Source: a candidate division WWE3 bacterium | GTDB lineage: Bacteria > Patescibacteriota > 4484-211 > GCA-002791395 | Direction of reading: 5' to 3' | NCBI GenBank assembly: GCA_013335095.1 | Contig: JAAXWF010000003.1 | Span: 69,960 to 133,959 of the forward strand | DNA: 64,000 bases | Shown: positions 9,417 through 19,302 of the stretch, piece by piece | How the letters are laid out: every line of letters begins with the position of its first letter | Position numbering within the stretch: position 1 is the stretch's first letter | Notes under the pieces: model-generated | What the model saw: the letters and a program-made list of their open reading frames with translations, nothing else | Told to the model about the DNA's origin: nothing | The model's database searches: none | Translations under genes and position numbers: made by a program

Positions 9417-10577
9417 ATGCCGCGTATTGGAATTGACGCCCGAATCTATAAAACAGGAATTGGCCGGTACACAAGAAATTTATTAGATCAACTTGCCACC
9501 ATCGCACCGGATGATTCCGAGTTTATTATCTTTTTACGTAAGGATGGCTTTGACGAATATCAGCCACCAGGTAAACGTTTCACCAAAGTTCTGGCAGATT
9601 ATCAGCCGTACACATTTTCCGAACAGATTCGTTTTTTAAACGATCTACGCAAATATCGACTCGATTTAGTTCATTTCACCAATTTTAATGTGCCGATTTT
9701 ATGGTGGGGAAACTATGTGGTTACCATTCATGACTTAATTCACCAAAGTCACTCAACGTTTGGTAGCAGTACTCGAAATTATCTGTATTATGTCTTTAAA
9801 AAATTGGTCTACTGGTTTGTGATTCGGTGGGTAGGATTGCGTGCTCAGCGCGTTATTGTACCTTCTATTGCAACAAAAGATGATATCGTGCGTGATCTCG
9901 GAATCGATCCTGCTAAAGTAGTTGTAACCTACGAAGGTATGGATGAATCGTTGCTCGCACGTAGTAATAATGCGACTACATCTGAAGATGATGCGGTACT
10001 TAAACGACACGGTATTGATTCGGGGTACATTTTATATGTTGCGACTATGTATCCGCATAAAAACCACGCATCACTCATCGAGGCTTTTAGACAATTATTG
10101 CATGATGGTCGAACTTATAAACTGGTTTTGGTTGGCAAGGTTGATTTCTTCTCAAATAAACTTAGGGCATCGGTATTAGATTCAGATATAAGGGACCAGG
10201 TGATTTTTCCTAATTTTAACGTGGCTGATGGATATCTATCCGATCAAGAACTGCAGGTTCTTTATCGCCATGCATCAATCTATGTATTTCCTTCGTTGAA
10301 GGAGGGGTTTGGTATACCTATTCTGGAAGCTCAAGCATACGGATTACCGGTCGTTTCATCGAATAAATCATGTCTTCCTGAAATTGGTGGTGATTCGGTT
10401 ATATATGTAAATCCCGAAAATCCAGCTGAGCTTAAAACTGCAATTACCAAATTACTTGATGATGCCTCGCTGCGTGATTCATTGGTTAAAAAAGGGTATG
10501 AAAATATAAAGCGGTTTAGCTGGAACACTATGGCTAAAGAAACGTATCAGGCATATCGGGAGGTCTTAAAAATATGA
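9417..10577 (+). CDS. glycosyltransferase family 1 (GT4-type)
   Basis: C-terminal GFGIPILEAQAYGLPVVSSNKSCLPEIGGDSV motif. ATG at 9417 preferred over GTG at 9384. Confidence 0.7.
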   Translation: MPRIGIDARIYKTGIGRYTRNLLDQLATIAPDDSEFIIFLRKDGFDEYQPPGKRFTKVLADYQPYTFSEQIRFLNDLRKYRLDLVHFTNFNVPILWWGNYVVTIHDLIHQSHSTFGSSTRNYLYYVFKKLVYWFVIRWVGLRAQRVIVPSIATKDDIVRDLGIDPAKVVVTYEGMDESLLARSNNATTSEDDAVLKRHGIDSGYILYVATMYPHKNHASLIEAFRQLLHDGRTYKLVLVGKVDFFSNKLRASVLDSDIRDQVIFPNFNVADGYLSDQELQVLYRHASIYVFPSLKEGFGIPILEAQAYGLPVVSSNKSCLPEIGGDSVIYVNPENPAELKTAITKLLDDASLRDSLVKKGYENIKRFSWNTMAKETYQAYREVLKI

Positions 10578-11671
10578 AGATTGCCTTAGTCCATGACGAT
10601 TTTATGCAGTGGGGCGGAGCGGAGCGTTTGTTTACGGCCCTAGCAGAAATGCTCCCAGAATCACCGATATTTACCTCAATGGTATCGGATGACGTATTAA
10701 CCAAGTCCAAACTTGATCGAAGCCGTTTCCATACCTCATGGATGGATAAGATTCCCGCTAAAAAAATATTTAATAAAGCAGTTTTTGCTTGGTATCCAAT
10801 GACATTCGAGAACTTTGATTTTACCGAGTATGACATTGTAATCTCTTCATCGACGCGTTTTGCGCACGGCATAATTACCAAGCCTTCAACGCGCCATATC
10901 GCCTATATCAACTCACCATTTCGCGGATTTTGGGAACCACGGGCATATTTTGGGGATAGTCGTGCAGGAAAACTGTCATATTGGTCACTCCTTCCCTTGT
11001 TATCATATTTTCGAGAATGGGATTATATCGCCGGACAACGAGCCGATATTGTTATCGCGAATAGCCAAACATCCCGTGCTCGAGTCCAAAAATATTACCG
11101 TCGGGACGCTCAAATTATGTATCCGTTTGTTGATCTCGATCGTTTTAAACATTCAGCTAAACCATCATTTACGTTGCCAGATGAATATTTTGTAGTAGTT
11201 TCTCGTTTAGTCGAATGGAAGCGTATTGATGTTGTTATTCAGGCAGCTAACGCGACAGGAAAACAAGTTCTTATCATTGGTACTGGACCCGATAAAGCAC
11301 GACTCGAAGACCTGGCTGGTTCAACGGTCAAATTGCTCGGTTTTGTACCCGATGACGAAGCTACGTATATTCTTGAGCATGCCACCGCGCTTATTCATCC
11401 TCAAAAAGAAGATTTCGGAATGACCGTATTAGAAGCGAATGCCGTAGGAACTCCGGTTATCGCATATAAACGAGGGGGCGCGACTGAAACCGTTGTTGAA
11501 GGTGAAACAGGAACCTTTTTCAAGAAACAAGAAGCATCATCTTTAAGTGAAGCACTTAGTCAATTTGATCGGTCATTATATGATAAAGAGGTAATGGTGG
11601 CTCATGCTCAAACGTTTTCTAAACAATCATTTCTTAATGGATGGCGAGAATTTCTTGATCACCTGGCTTAG
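10574..11671 (+). CDS. glycosyltransferase family 1 (GT4-type)
   Basis: DFGMTVLEANAVGTPVIAYKRGGATETV motif. Confidence 0.7.
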   Translation: MKIALVHDDFMQWGGAERLFTALAEMLPESPIFTSMVSDDVLTKSKLDRSRFHTSWMDKIPAKKIFNKAVFAWYPMTFENFDFTEYDIVISSSTRFAHGIITKPSTRHIAYINSPFRGFWEPRAYFGDSRAGKLSYWSLLPLLSYFREWDYIAGQRADIVIANSQTSRARVQKYYRRDAQIMYPFVDLDRFKHSAKPSFTLPDEYFVVVSRLVEWKRIDVVIQAANATGKQVLIIGTGPDKARLEDLAGSTVKLLGFVPDDEATYILEHATALIHPQKEDFGMTVLEANAVGTPVIAYKRGGATETVVEGETGTFFKKQEASSLSEALSQFDRSLYDKEVMVAHAQTFSKQSFLNGWREFLDHLA

Positions 11672-12521
11672 GGCGATTCGAATTCGGCAATGGATTAAAA
11701 ACCTTATTGTCATTGCTCCGCTTATTTTTTCCGGTCAATTATTAATTTTTCAGGATATAATCAAGACGCTCGATGCCTTTTGCGCCTTCTGTTTGGCCAG
11801 TAGTGCTGTTTATTTATTTAATGACTTGTATGATCAGGATGTTGATAAACTCCATCCCCAAAAACGAAACCGCCCAATTGCCTCAGGTATAATTTCATCT
11901 CAATCTGCAACTTTTGTATCGCTCCTCTTTGTTGTTCTCTCATTGCTTATTGGACAACAGTTAGGATGGCTATTTAATGTGGTCCTTTCGGGTTTTTTCC
12001 TAGTGAACATATTTTATACGATGGGTATTAAAAAATTAGTGATTTGGGACGTTATTTTTCTTGCATTAAGCTTTGTTATTCGCGCGATTGGTGGCGTTGT
12101 GGCAATTAATGCGTTTTTGTCGCCTTGGCTTTTTGTCTTAACGTTATTTTTAGCGGTACTTTTAGCTCTGGGTAAAAGAAGACATGAGTTAGTATTGTTA
12201 GGGGGAAATGCCGGAAAGCACCGGCGAATTCTAGATAAATATACCGTCCAGCTTTTTGACCAATTGATGGTAGTAATGGTAACGGCGAGTTTAATGGCTT
12301 TCATGTTATATACAATGGCTGAAGAAACCGTGATTCATGTAGGGTCAGTAAAGCTTGTCTATTCAATGCCTTTAGTACTGTACGGTTTGTTCCGTTATTT
12401 GTATCTGGTGTATCGCTATGAACAAGGGGGAAATCCGACCGAGACGCTTTTGTCCGATCCACCCCTTCTTATGAGCGTAATCTTGTGGGGGGTGCTCGCG
12501 GTTGCTATAATTTACACCTGA
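11637..12521 (+). CDS. UbiA-family prenyltransferase (decaprenyl-phosphate phosphoribosyltransferase-like)
   Basis: Motif NDLYDQDVDKLHPQKRNRPIASG (UbiA NDxxDxxxD). 8-9 TM helices. Overlaps the upstream GT by ~35 nt in a different frame. Confidence 0.6.
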   Translation: MDGENFLITWLRAIRIRQWIKNLIVIAPLIFSGQLLIFQDIIKTLDAFCAFCLASSAVYLFNDLYDQDVDKLHPQKRNRPIASGIISSQSATFVSLLFVVLSLLIGQQLGWLFNVVLSGFFLVNIFYTMGIKKLVIWDVIFLALSFVIRAIGGVVAINAFLSPWLFVLTLFLAVLLALGKRRHELVLLGGNAGKHRRILDKYTVQLFDQLMVVMVTASLMAFMLYTMAEETVIHVGSVKLVYSMPLVLYGLFRYLYLVYRYEQGGNPTETLLSDPPLLMSVILWGVLAVAIIYT

Positions 12522-12531
12522 CTAGATTTAT

Positions 12532-13983
12532 ATGAGGAAGAGTCAATTATTTATTGCAATTTTTCAGCTTATCGTCGACTATACCGCCGTTATCTCGGCG
12601 TTTTCCGTCGCTTATTGGCTTCGTAGCCGTTGGGATGGTAGCCCACTTGTTCCGTTTGGTGATTTTTTTCTTTTTGCTATGCTGGCTGGTTTAATTTATG
12701 TGTTGATGTTTGGTTATTTAGGGTTGTATGCGATTCGGCGTCATCGTGACCTGGTCGATCAATTATTCGGTATGATTGTTGGAGGACTTTCGGCAACTGC
12801 TTTATCTGGTTCTATAATTTACTTTGGGAAGAACTTCGATTACTCACGGTTAATTCTTGGAACGACATTTATGTTATCAATTGTTTTTGTATGGTTTGGC
12901 CGACTATTTATCGATCAATTGGAGCATATTTGGTATCGCAAAGGATTTGGTATTGTACGCACGCTACTTATCGGTTCGGGATCTCTTTTAACAATGACCA
13001 TTAATGGGTACAGCACCTCAGATGGAAGTGCTTTTCGGGTAATCGGCTTACTGTACACTGGGTCTGATGAGCTGGAAAAATCTATTAACGGTGTACGAGT
13101 TCTTGGTACGTTGAGCGTTGATGGCGTAGAAAAGTTAATTAAGGAGGAAGGCCTTCATGAGGTCGTCGTGGCAGATTCCCAAATAGATGAAAATATTGCC
13201 CTCGATCTAATAAATCTATGCGAAATGTACGGTGTGGTGTTTAAATTCGTTCCGGATACCTTCGAGGTCGCGACTGCACGTGTTGTTACTCATGATTTGG
13301 CGGGGTTAGCACTGATTGAACTTAGGCCCACGATACTTGCTGGCTGGATGCTCATTGTTAAACGTGTTCTCGATTTGATCGGTTCCATTTGTGCACTCGT
13401 TCTTTTATCTCCATTATTTGTTATTACGGCGATTGCTATTCGATTAGATTCCAATGGTCCAATCATCTTCAAGCATCGTCGAGTTGGTCGAAATGGCGTT
13501 GAGTTCGATCTATATAAATTCCGTAGTATGTACATGGTTGAAAAAAATGGACAGATGTTGCATGCCAGTGAAAATACTGCTGTCGAAAAACTTAAAGAGC
13601 AGCAATCTAATTACAAACTAGAAAATGACCCTCGTGTCACTAAAGTCGGAAGCATAATTCGCAAAATGAGTATCGATGAATTACCTCAATTTATTAATGT
13701 TATTCGTGGTGAACTCAGTCTTGTTGGACCTCGGGCATATTTAGCTAAAGAACTCGAAAAGCAGCAGGGAACTTACCCGCAGACTAAGGAACTCGTACGC
13801 CGACTTTTAGCTGTTAAACCTGGGATTACGGGATTGTGGCAAGTTTCAGGACGAAGCAATATTGATTTTAAAGAACGAGTGGCGATGGATGCTTATTATG
13901 CTACTCATGCGACAATCTGGATGGATATTAAATTGTTGTTCCAAACTATTCCAGTAGTATTAAAAGGTTCCGGCGCGATGTAA
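12532..13983 (+). CDS. polyprenyl-phosphate sugar phosphotransferase (WbaP / bacterial sugar transferase family)
   Basis: C-terminal domain LDLIGSICALVLLSPLFVITAIAIRLDSNGPIIFKHRRVGRNGVEFDLYKFRSM and ...ELPQFINVIRGELSLVGPR. Confidence 0.75.
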   Translation: MRKSQLFIAIFQLIVDYTAVISAFSVAYWLRSRWDGSPLVPFGDFFLFAMLAGLIYVLMFGYLGLYAIRRHRDLVDQLFGMIVGGLSATALSGSIIYFGKNFDYSRLILGTTFMLSIVFVWFGRLFIDQLEHIWYRKGFGIVRTLLIGSGSLLTMTINGYSTSDGSAFRVIGLLYTGSDELEKSINGVRVLGTLSVDGVEKLIKEEGLHEVVVADSQIDENIALDLINLCEMYGVVFKFVPDTFEVATARVVTHDLAGLALIELRPTILAGWMLIVKRVLDLIGSICALVLLSPLFVITAIAIRLDSNGPIIFKHRRVGRNGVEFDLYKFRSMYMVEKNGQMLHASENTAVEKLKEQQSNYKLENDPRVTKVGSIIRKMSIDELPQFINVIRGELSLVGPRAYLAKELEKQQGTYPQTKELVRRLLAVKPGITGLWQVSGRSNIDFKERVAMDAYYATHATIWMDIKLLFQTIPVVLKGSGAM

Positions 13984-14037
13984 ACAATGGTATCGGTCCT
14001 TTTAATTGTGCGTTATTTCTTTTATCCTTAATACAGT

Positions 14038-15882
14038 ATGTTTCGAATATATGCTGAAAACAAATGGCGAATAGTATTAGTGCTTGGCGTTATTATAACC
14101 ATGCAACTCTGCTTGTATGTGCTGTTTATAAAGCCAATCCGCGATATTGCATATACTGCCGGGGAATTATATGGCGAAGTATTAGCTTTTCGTTCCACTA
14201 TTTCTTCTAATGATCTCTCGAGCGCCGAAACTCATATGAGTTCAATTAAGCTACGGTTAGAGGATCTTCGTGTGCGCCTGAATAAAATTAGGTATGTCCG
14301 TCATTTCCCTTATTTAAGTGGATATTACGAAGATTCTCAGAACCTTATTCAGGCAGGGATCATTTTTAGCAATTCAGCCGAAGACTTTTTAGTCGATTTT
14401 TTGCCGTTTGCCCCGGTCGTTGGTATCGGTTCTGGTTCGGAAACTGGTACTAGTGATCAAAAGTTGCAACAGCTGGTGACGCTCGCCCCTCAATTGCTTC
14501 CGACTATTGATCGGAGCATTGATGATCTAGAAAAAGCCTTGCCATATCTATTAAATTTGCATTGGGAGCTATATCCAAACACATCAGAGTATCCGATTCG
14601 GGACACACTTCATAAAGTTGTAGATGTTTCTACCGTCGCTCAATCGTATTTATCTGAGGCAAGGACATTTCTGAAAGTCTTTCCCTCTATGTTCGGTGAG
14701 CCAAGTACCAAAAAATACTTGGTTCTGTTCCAAAACGATAAGGAAATCCGTCCAACAGGAGGGTTCATTACTTCTTATACCACGTTAACCATTGATAGCG
14801 GGAAGATTACGATCGAAGATGCAAAAAATATATATGAAGTCTCTAAGAGCGAAGGTTTTTTACCGGCACCTGATCCGATTAAGCAATACTTAAAAGTTAC
14901 CGCATGGCACATGCGAGATACAAACTTTTCACCAGATTTTAAAACCTCAATGGATACGTTTGATAGTTATTGGCGACAACTTGGCCTGACTAAGATTGAC
15001 GGCATCATAACGCTAGATACCCAATTTGTCGCTGGCTTATTGAAACAACTTGGACCAATCGAGATTGCCGACTATGATAATGATTTTTCTGCATATCCAA
15101 ATGTACCGGCAGAATGCAAGCAAGGTGGAAGTACTTTTACCTCGGATAATGTCGTGTGTCGGTTAGAGTACTATGCCCAGCGCTTAACCAACGAGCAAAC
15201 AACACGAAAAGCTGTTATCGGAGATTTGATGGAAAAGATGTTTGATCAATTGATGACCGCTCCTTCAAATAAATGGTATCCGTTAATTTCTGAAGTTCTA
15301 ACGGAGCTTAGTCAAAAACACATGCTCACGTACTTTAAAGATCAAGACGTTCAAGATCTTGGTGAACGACTTAACTGGACTGGTCGTATCCAAGATACTT
15401 CGGGTGACTATCTCCATATTAATGATGCCAATCTTGCTGGTCTAAAATCGGATATGTATCTAAAGCGTTCGGTGGATCAACGATTAGATATTGCTGCTGA
15501 TGGAAGTATTACAAAAACCGTTGCGTTAACCTACGAAAATACTGGTGCGTTTGACGGATGGCTCAATGCCACAGCTCGTAACTACGTTCGAGTGTACGTG
15601 CCAAAGGGATCAAAACTTATTGACGTCAGTGGCGGGGAGGCTAAAACGACGACTCACGATGATTTAGGTAAAACAGTTTTTGATAACTTTATTACGGTAA
15701 AGCCAAAGTCATCTACTACGATAACTTTTACCTATCAGATCCCCATGAAGTATAGTGATGATATGGACATCTTAATCCAAAAACAACCAGGTATTGATCG
15801 AGCTTATCATTCTTTGGATGTAAATGGTCAGAAACAACAGTTTGAATTACTTACTGATTTGCGTTTAAACATAAAAAAGTGA
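14038..15882 (+). CDS. large N-terminally membrane-anchored hypothetical protein (DUF4012-like, envelope-associated)
   Basis: Single N-terminal TM helix, then a long soluble domain. Sits next to the sugar transferase. Confidence 0.35.
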   Translation: MFRIYAENKWRIVLVLGVIITMQLCLYVLFIKPIRDIAYTAGELYGEVLAFRSTISSNDLSSAETHMSSIKLRLEDLRVRLNKIRYVRHFPYLSGYYEDSQNLIQAGIIFSNSAEDFLVDFLPFAPVVGIGSGSETGTSDQKLQQLVTLAPQLLPTIDRSIDDLEKALPYLLNLHWELYPNTSEYPIRDTLHKVVDVSTVAQSYLSEARTFLKVFPSMFGEPSTKKYLVLFQNDKEIRPTGGFITSYTTLTIDSGKITIEDAKNIYEVSKSEGFLPAPDPIKQYLKVTAWHMRDTNFSPDFKTSMDTFDSYWRQLGLTKIDGIITLDTQFVAGLLKQLGPIEIADYDNDFSAYPNVPAECKQGGSTFTSDNVVCRLEYYAQRLTNEQTTRKAVIGDLMEKMFDQLMTAPSNKWYPLISEVLTELSQKHMLTYFKDQDVQDLGERLNWTGRIQDTSGDYLHINDANLAGLKSDMYLKRSVDQRLDIAADGSITKTVALTYENTGAFDGWLNATARNYVRVYVPKGSKLIDVSGGEAKTTTHDDLGKTVFDNFITVKPKSSTTITFTYQIPMKYSDDMDILIQKQPGIDRAYHSLDVNGQKQQFELLTDLRLNIKK

Positions 15883-15908
15883 GGTCCGGATGAACCTCAC
15901 TTCCGTTT
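15874..15908. terminator. bidirectional rho-independent terminator between convergent genes
   Basis: gtgaggt-ccggatga-acctcac hairpin flanked by an A-run on one side and a T-run on the other. Confidence 0.55.
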
Positions 15909-15915
15909 AGGCGAT

Positions 15916-16248
15916 CTACGCAGCGTATACATCTTTGTATAACTGCGCAGCTTCAGTTGCGAGCTTTCGACAGCCCGTGACAGCAAGCATCATTGCTTCC
16001 ATATCACGGACAGCCTCCTCAACACACTGCTTTTTGGCCCATTCCTTTCTGTAATAGTTTTTGAGTACCCAAACCGTCGCGTCATGGAACAGGATGAATA
16101 GTTGTGCTGGATTTTCGATCCATTTTCCAGCGTTCTCCATCATCCTTGTCCAAACGATGTCGACCATCACCCCATTGCTTGCTTCTGCGAGCAGGCGACG
16201 AATAGTCGCTCCATCCTCCGGGAGTTGTATCCGGTTGATCTTGGCCAT
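15916..16248 (-). CDS. hypothetical protein
   Basis: ORF of 110 aa with terminator downstream. No recognisable motif. Confidence 0.35.
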   Translation of the reverse strand: MAKINRIQLPEDGATIRRLLAEASNGVMVDIVWTRMMENAGKWIENPAQLFILFHDATVWVLKNYYRKEWAKKQCVEEAVRDMEAMMLAVTGCRKLATEAAQLYKDVYAA

Positions 16249-16357
16249 ATGGCCTCCTGATTATGCCGGTTTGGCCTATAATAATATTATACCTTATTTT
16301 GATCGCTGTTCAATGGTTTCTTGTGCTGTACTAGTCAGACTGAGTACACTTGTTAGT

Positions 16358-16951
16358 ATGATTACGCAAAATGAACGCGGATGGGTAATGAGCCGCTATC
16401 CCTATGGAGAAGGAAGCAGCATGCTGCATGTGTTTACCCGTCAAAGCGGTGTTGTGAGCGTTGTGGCAAAGTCGGTCCGAAAACCATCTTCGCGGCGGGG
16501 TGGGCATGTCGATCTGTTTAATGAAATAGAATGCTCGATTCGGCCATTCGGCGAGGTCTTTGTTTTATCTGAGGTGACTGTGGTGAAAGCATTTGAGAGT
16601 TTAAAACAAGATTTACATAAATTATCGTATCTGTATTACTTTGCCGAGCTTATCGAACTTTTTATTCAACAGGAGTCTGGGCATCATGTATTATATGACA
16701 AGCTGATTTCGGGAATTGAATTTATTGAGAATCACTCGACAAACCACACTCGAAACCTCGATGAAGTCGCCCGGAGATTTGAGATCTACCTGTTAAGATC
16801 TTTGGGTTTTTGGGCTGATGAAGTTCAGGGGAATGACTATCCTACAAACCCTTCTGAACAACAAAAGTATAATCACCAATTAATACGAGAGGTTGTACAT
16901 CGAAACCTTAAGACGCCATCATTTATTGATTTAAATAAAAATAAAAAGTAA
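16358..16951 (+). CDS. recO: DNA repair protein RecO (short form, no zinc-finger C-terminus)
   Basis: N-terminal OB-fold region ERGWVMSRYPYGEGSSMLHVFTRQSGVVSVVAKSVRKPSSRR matches the RecO N-terminus. The ORF-track start at 16061 is antisense-overlapped upstream extension. Confidence 0.55.
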   Translation: MITQNERGWVMSRYPYGEGSSMLHVFTRQSGVVSVVAKSVRKPSSRRGGHVDLFNEIECSIRPFGEVFVLSEVTVVKAFESLKQDLHKLSYLYYFAELIELFIQQESGHHVLYDKLISGIEFIENHSTNHTRNLDEVARRFEIYLLRSLGFWADEVQGNDYPTNPSEQQKYNHQLIREVVHRNLKTPSFIDLNKNKK

Positions 16952-16966
16952 ATGATTATGTAACCG

Positions 16967-18334
16967 TTAATTTAACTTCTCCTGAAGATATGATTTAAGT
17001 TCGGAGATTGCTACTCGTTCCTGATTTGTTGTGTCGCGATCGCGTACCGTAATCGTATCGTTCTCGAGCGTATCAAAATCAATCGTAATGCACCATGGTG
17101 TTCCGATCTCATCTTGGGCGTAATAGCGTTTTCCAATATTGCCACGCTCATCCCATGCTACCGCCATATCTGAACCAATCATTGCATAGACCTCTTTTGC
17201 CTTCGAGACTAATTCGGGTTTATTTTTGAGGAGTGGAAATACGGCCGCTTGATACGGTGCTAGCGTTGGTTTTATTGATAGCCAGACTCGTTGATCATCT
17301 TCTTGGTACGCTGCACAAAGAATCATTAACGCGGTACGGTTCACCCCAAATGTCGGTTCGATAACATGAGGGATGAGTCGGGTGTTTTGCTGTTGGTCAA
17401 AATAATCTAACTGTGTGCCGGATTTTTCTGAATGATTTCTAAGGTCATAATCGGTACGATAGGCGAGCCCATATAATTCTTTGAAGCCTCCAAATGGATA
17501 ATTATATTCAACATCTTCAGTCCTCGTCGAATAAAATGACAATTCGTCATCGGTATGACGCCTCCATCGTAAATCATTTTCAGGAATACCAAGTCCTGTT
17601 ACCCATGTCCACATATCTTTCTTCCATGATTCGTACTGAGCTTCCCACTCGTCGGGACGAATAAAATACTCTATCTCCATCTGTTCAAATTCGAGAGTTC
17701 TAAAAATAAAATTCCCTTTAGTGATTTCATTACGAAACGCTTTACCGATTTGAGCGATACCAAATGGCAATTTGGGGCTCATTGAATCCATGATTGCCTT
17801 GAAGTTTACAAACATACCTTGTGCAGTTTCGCCTCGTAAATAGGCGAGCGATTCACTTTCGGGTACTATTCCAATATGCGTGGTAAATAGTAGATTAAAT
17901 TGACGGGCTGGGGTCCAATCAAATTCCTGACATGTCGGACAAGTTAAATGATTTTGAGTAATTAGCTGATCCAATTCAGTTGTTGGCAATCCCTCAACTT
18001 TGATGTCTTTTAATGCACCTTCAATTAGGTGATCGGCTCGAGTTCGGGTATGGCACTTTTTGCACTCAACCATCGCGTCTGCAAAGTTATCTGCATGGCC
18101 TGAAGCCCTCCATACGGCTGGATTCATAATAATAGGTGTTTCTATTCCATAAATATCAGGACGCTGACCTACAAAAAATTGCCACCATTGGTTTCGTATA
18201 TTTCGTAAAAGTGCCGTACCTAAAGGACCATATGTCCATGTATTTGCGAGTCCGCCGTAAATTTCTGAATCCTGGAAAATGAATCCTCGTCTTTTGGCTA
18301 GCGCAACGATCTTATCCATCTTATTTTCAATCAT
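16967..18334 (-). CDS. glyQS: glycine--tRNA ligase (dimeric alpha2 type)
   Basis: LAKRRGFIFQDSEIYGGLANTWTYGPLG... is the typical class II GlyRS N-terminus. True start may be the MDKIV ATG at 18319. Confidence 0.85.
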   Translation of the reverse strand: MIENKMDKIVALAKRRGFIFQDSEIYGGLANTWTYGPLGTALLRNIRNQWWQFFVGQRPDIYGIETPIIMNPAVWRASGHADNFADAMVECKKCHTRTRADHLIEGALKDIKVEGLPTTELDQLITQNHLTCPTCQEFDWTPARQFNLLFTTHIGIVPESESLAYLRGETAQGMFVNFKAIMDSMSPKLPFGIAQIGKAFRNEITKGNFIFRTLEFEQMEIEYFIRPDEWEAQYESWKKDMWTWVTGLGIPENDLRWRRHTDDELSFYSTRTEDVEYNYPFGGFKELYGLAYRTDYDLRNHSEKSGTQLDYFDQQQNTRLIPHVIEPTFGVNRTALMILCAAYQEDDQRVWLSIKPTLAPYQAAVFPLLKNKPELVSKAKEVYAMIGSDMAVAWDERGNIGKRYYAQDEIGTPWCITIDFDTLENDTITVRDRDTTNQERVAISELKSYLQEKLN

Positions 18335-18517
18335 TACGTTACTATAGCATTATCCTGCAAAAAAATAACCTGTGTATTCTCTTTCTATTGTTTAATATTT
18401 AAGATCCTTGAGAACTTTTACTCGTAGTTTTATTCCCCCGATCTTGATCTATCGCCTTATTAATATGATGTGTACAAAGTTGATGTTATGAGCCTCTATG
18501 GCGGTACGTATTGATCG

Positions 18518-18547
18518 TTGACACCTGTCTACTATTGGCGGTATATT
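18518..18547 (+). promoter_or_regulatory. sigma70-like promoter of the dcw operon (TTGACA-N18-TATATT)
   Basis: Perfect -35 hexamer 18518-18523 and -10 at 18542-18547, about 65 nt upstream of mraZ. Confidence 0.5.
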
Positions 18548-18548
18548 T

Positions 18549-18575
18549 TGGTGAGAATTGGTGATTTATGGTGAT
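18549..18575 (+). promoter_or_regulatory. putative MraZ operator: three direct repeats TGGTGA(G/T) with exact 10-bp phasing
   Basis: Repeats at 18549, 18559, 18569 immediately downstream of the -10. MraZ proteins autoregulate via phased direct repeats in this position. Confidence 0.45.
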
Positions 18576-18613
18576 TAGCGAATTAATGATGGTATCAACA
18601 CAAAAAACTTATT

Positions 18614-19054
18614 ATGTTTTTAGGAGAGTATCGTTCCTCAATTACTTCAGGCAGCCGAATTGCAATACCGAAACCTTTTCGTATCTTTGGTGATGAAAGT
18701 ATCATCTTAACCCGAGGGTATGAGAACTGTATTGTAATGGTCGGGCGTAGCAATTTTGAAAAGTTATTAGATGGGGTGGCGAATATACCTTTTATATCAA
18801 CTGATAAGAGGCAGACTGCACGGTTCTTATTAGCTGGTGCTCACGAGGTTCTACCCGATAGTCAAGGTCGGGTTGTTTTGCCTGTAAATCTAATTGAACA
18901 TGCTCGTTTAAGAAGTGGCGAAGTCGCATTTTTAGGCGTCGGAGAATGGATAGAGATTTGGGATCTTTCTAATTGGAAAGAGTATCAATCTCAACTCGAT
19001 CAACAGGCTCCTGAAATTGCGAATAGATTAGCGAGTCTTAAGGCTCGTGAATAA
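18614..19054 (+). CDS. mraZ: transcriptional regulator MraZ
   Basis: Double MraZ/SpoVT-AbrB-like halves. First gene of the dcw cluster. Confidence 0.85.
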   Translation: MFLGEYRSSITSGSRIAIPKPFRIFGDESIILTRGYENCIVMVGRSNFEKLLDGVANIPFISTDKRQTARFLLAGAHEVLPDSQGRVVLPVNLIEHARLRSGEVAFLGVGEWIEIWDLSNWKEYQSQLDQQAPEIANRLASLKARE

Positions 19055-19302
19055 CAGGATAAGCGTAAATGTCCTAATAAGTGTTGCACCTTGAATTTAT
19101 CTCTCGAATGTATATTCGAGTTGTGACCCATCGGTGGAGGGCGGTGTCGGCCTGGTAAGAGTCGCTGTCCCTTACCTGAAGCTTGCTTCAGATAAAATGT
19201 GTACTCGAAGCGCTATAAAGAAATAGCCTGTGTATTCCTTTTGACCCCCTCTACCGTTGTGGCGCTAAAACTGGTACTATTTGTAACGTGTCCAGTAGAC
19301 AG

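Noticed and set aside
16061-16357. Upstream 99 codons of ORF 16061..16951 as part of recO
   Set aside because: This portion is antisense-overlapped by the 15916..16248 gene and gives a non-RecO-like, Cys/Ser-rich translation. RecO homology begins at ATG 16358.
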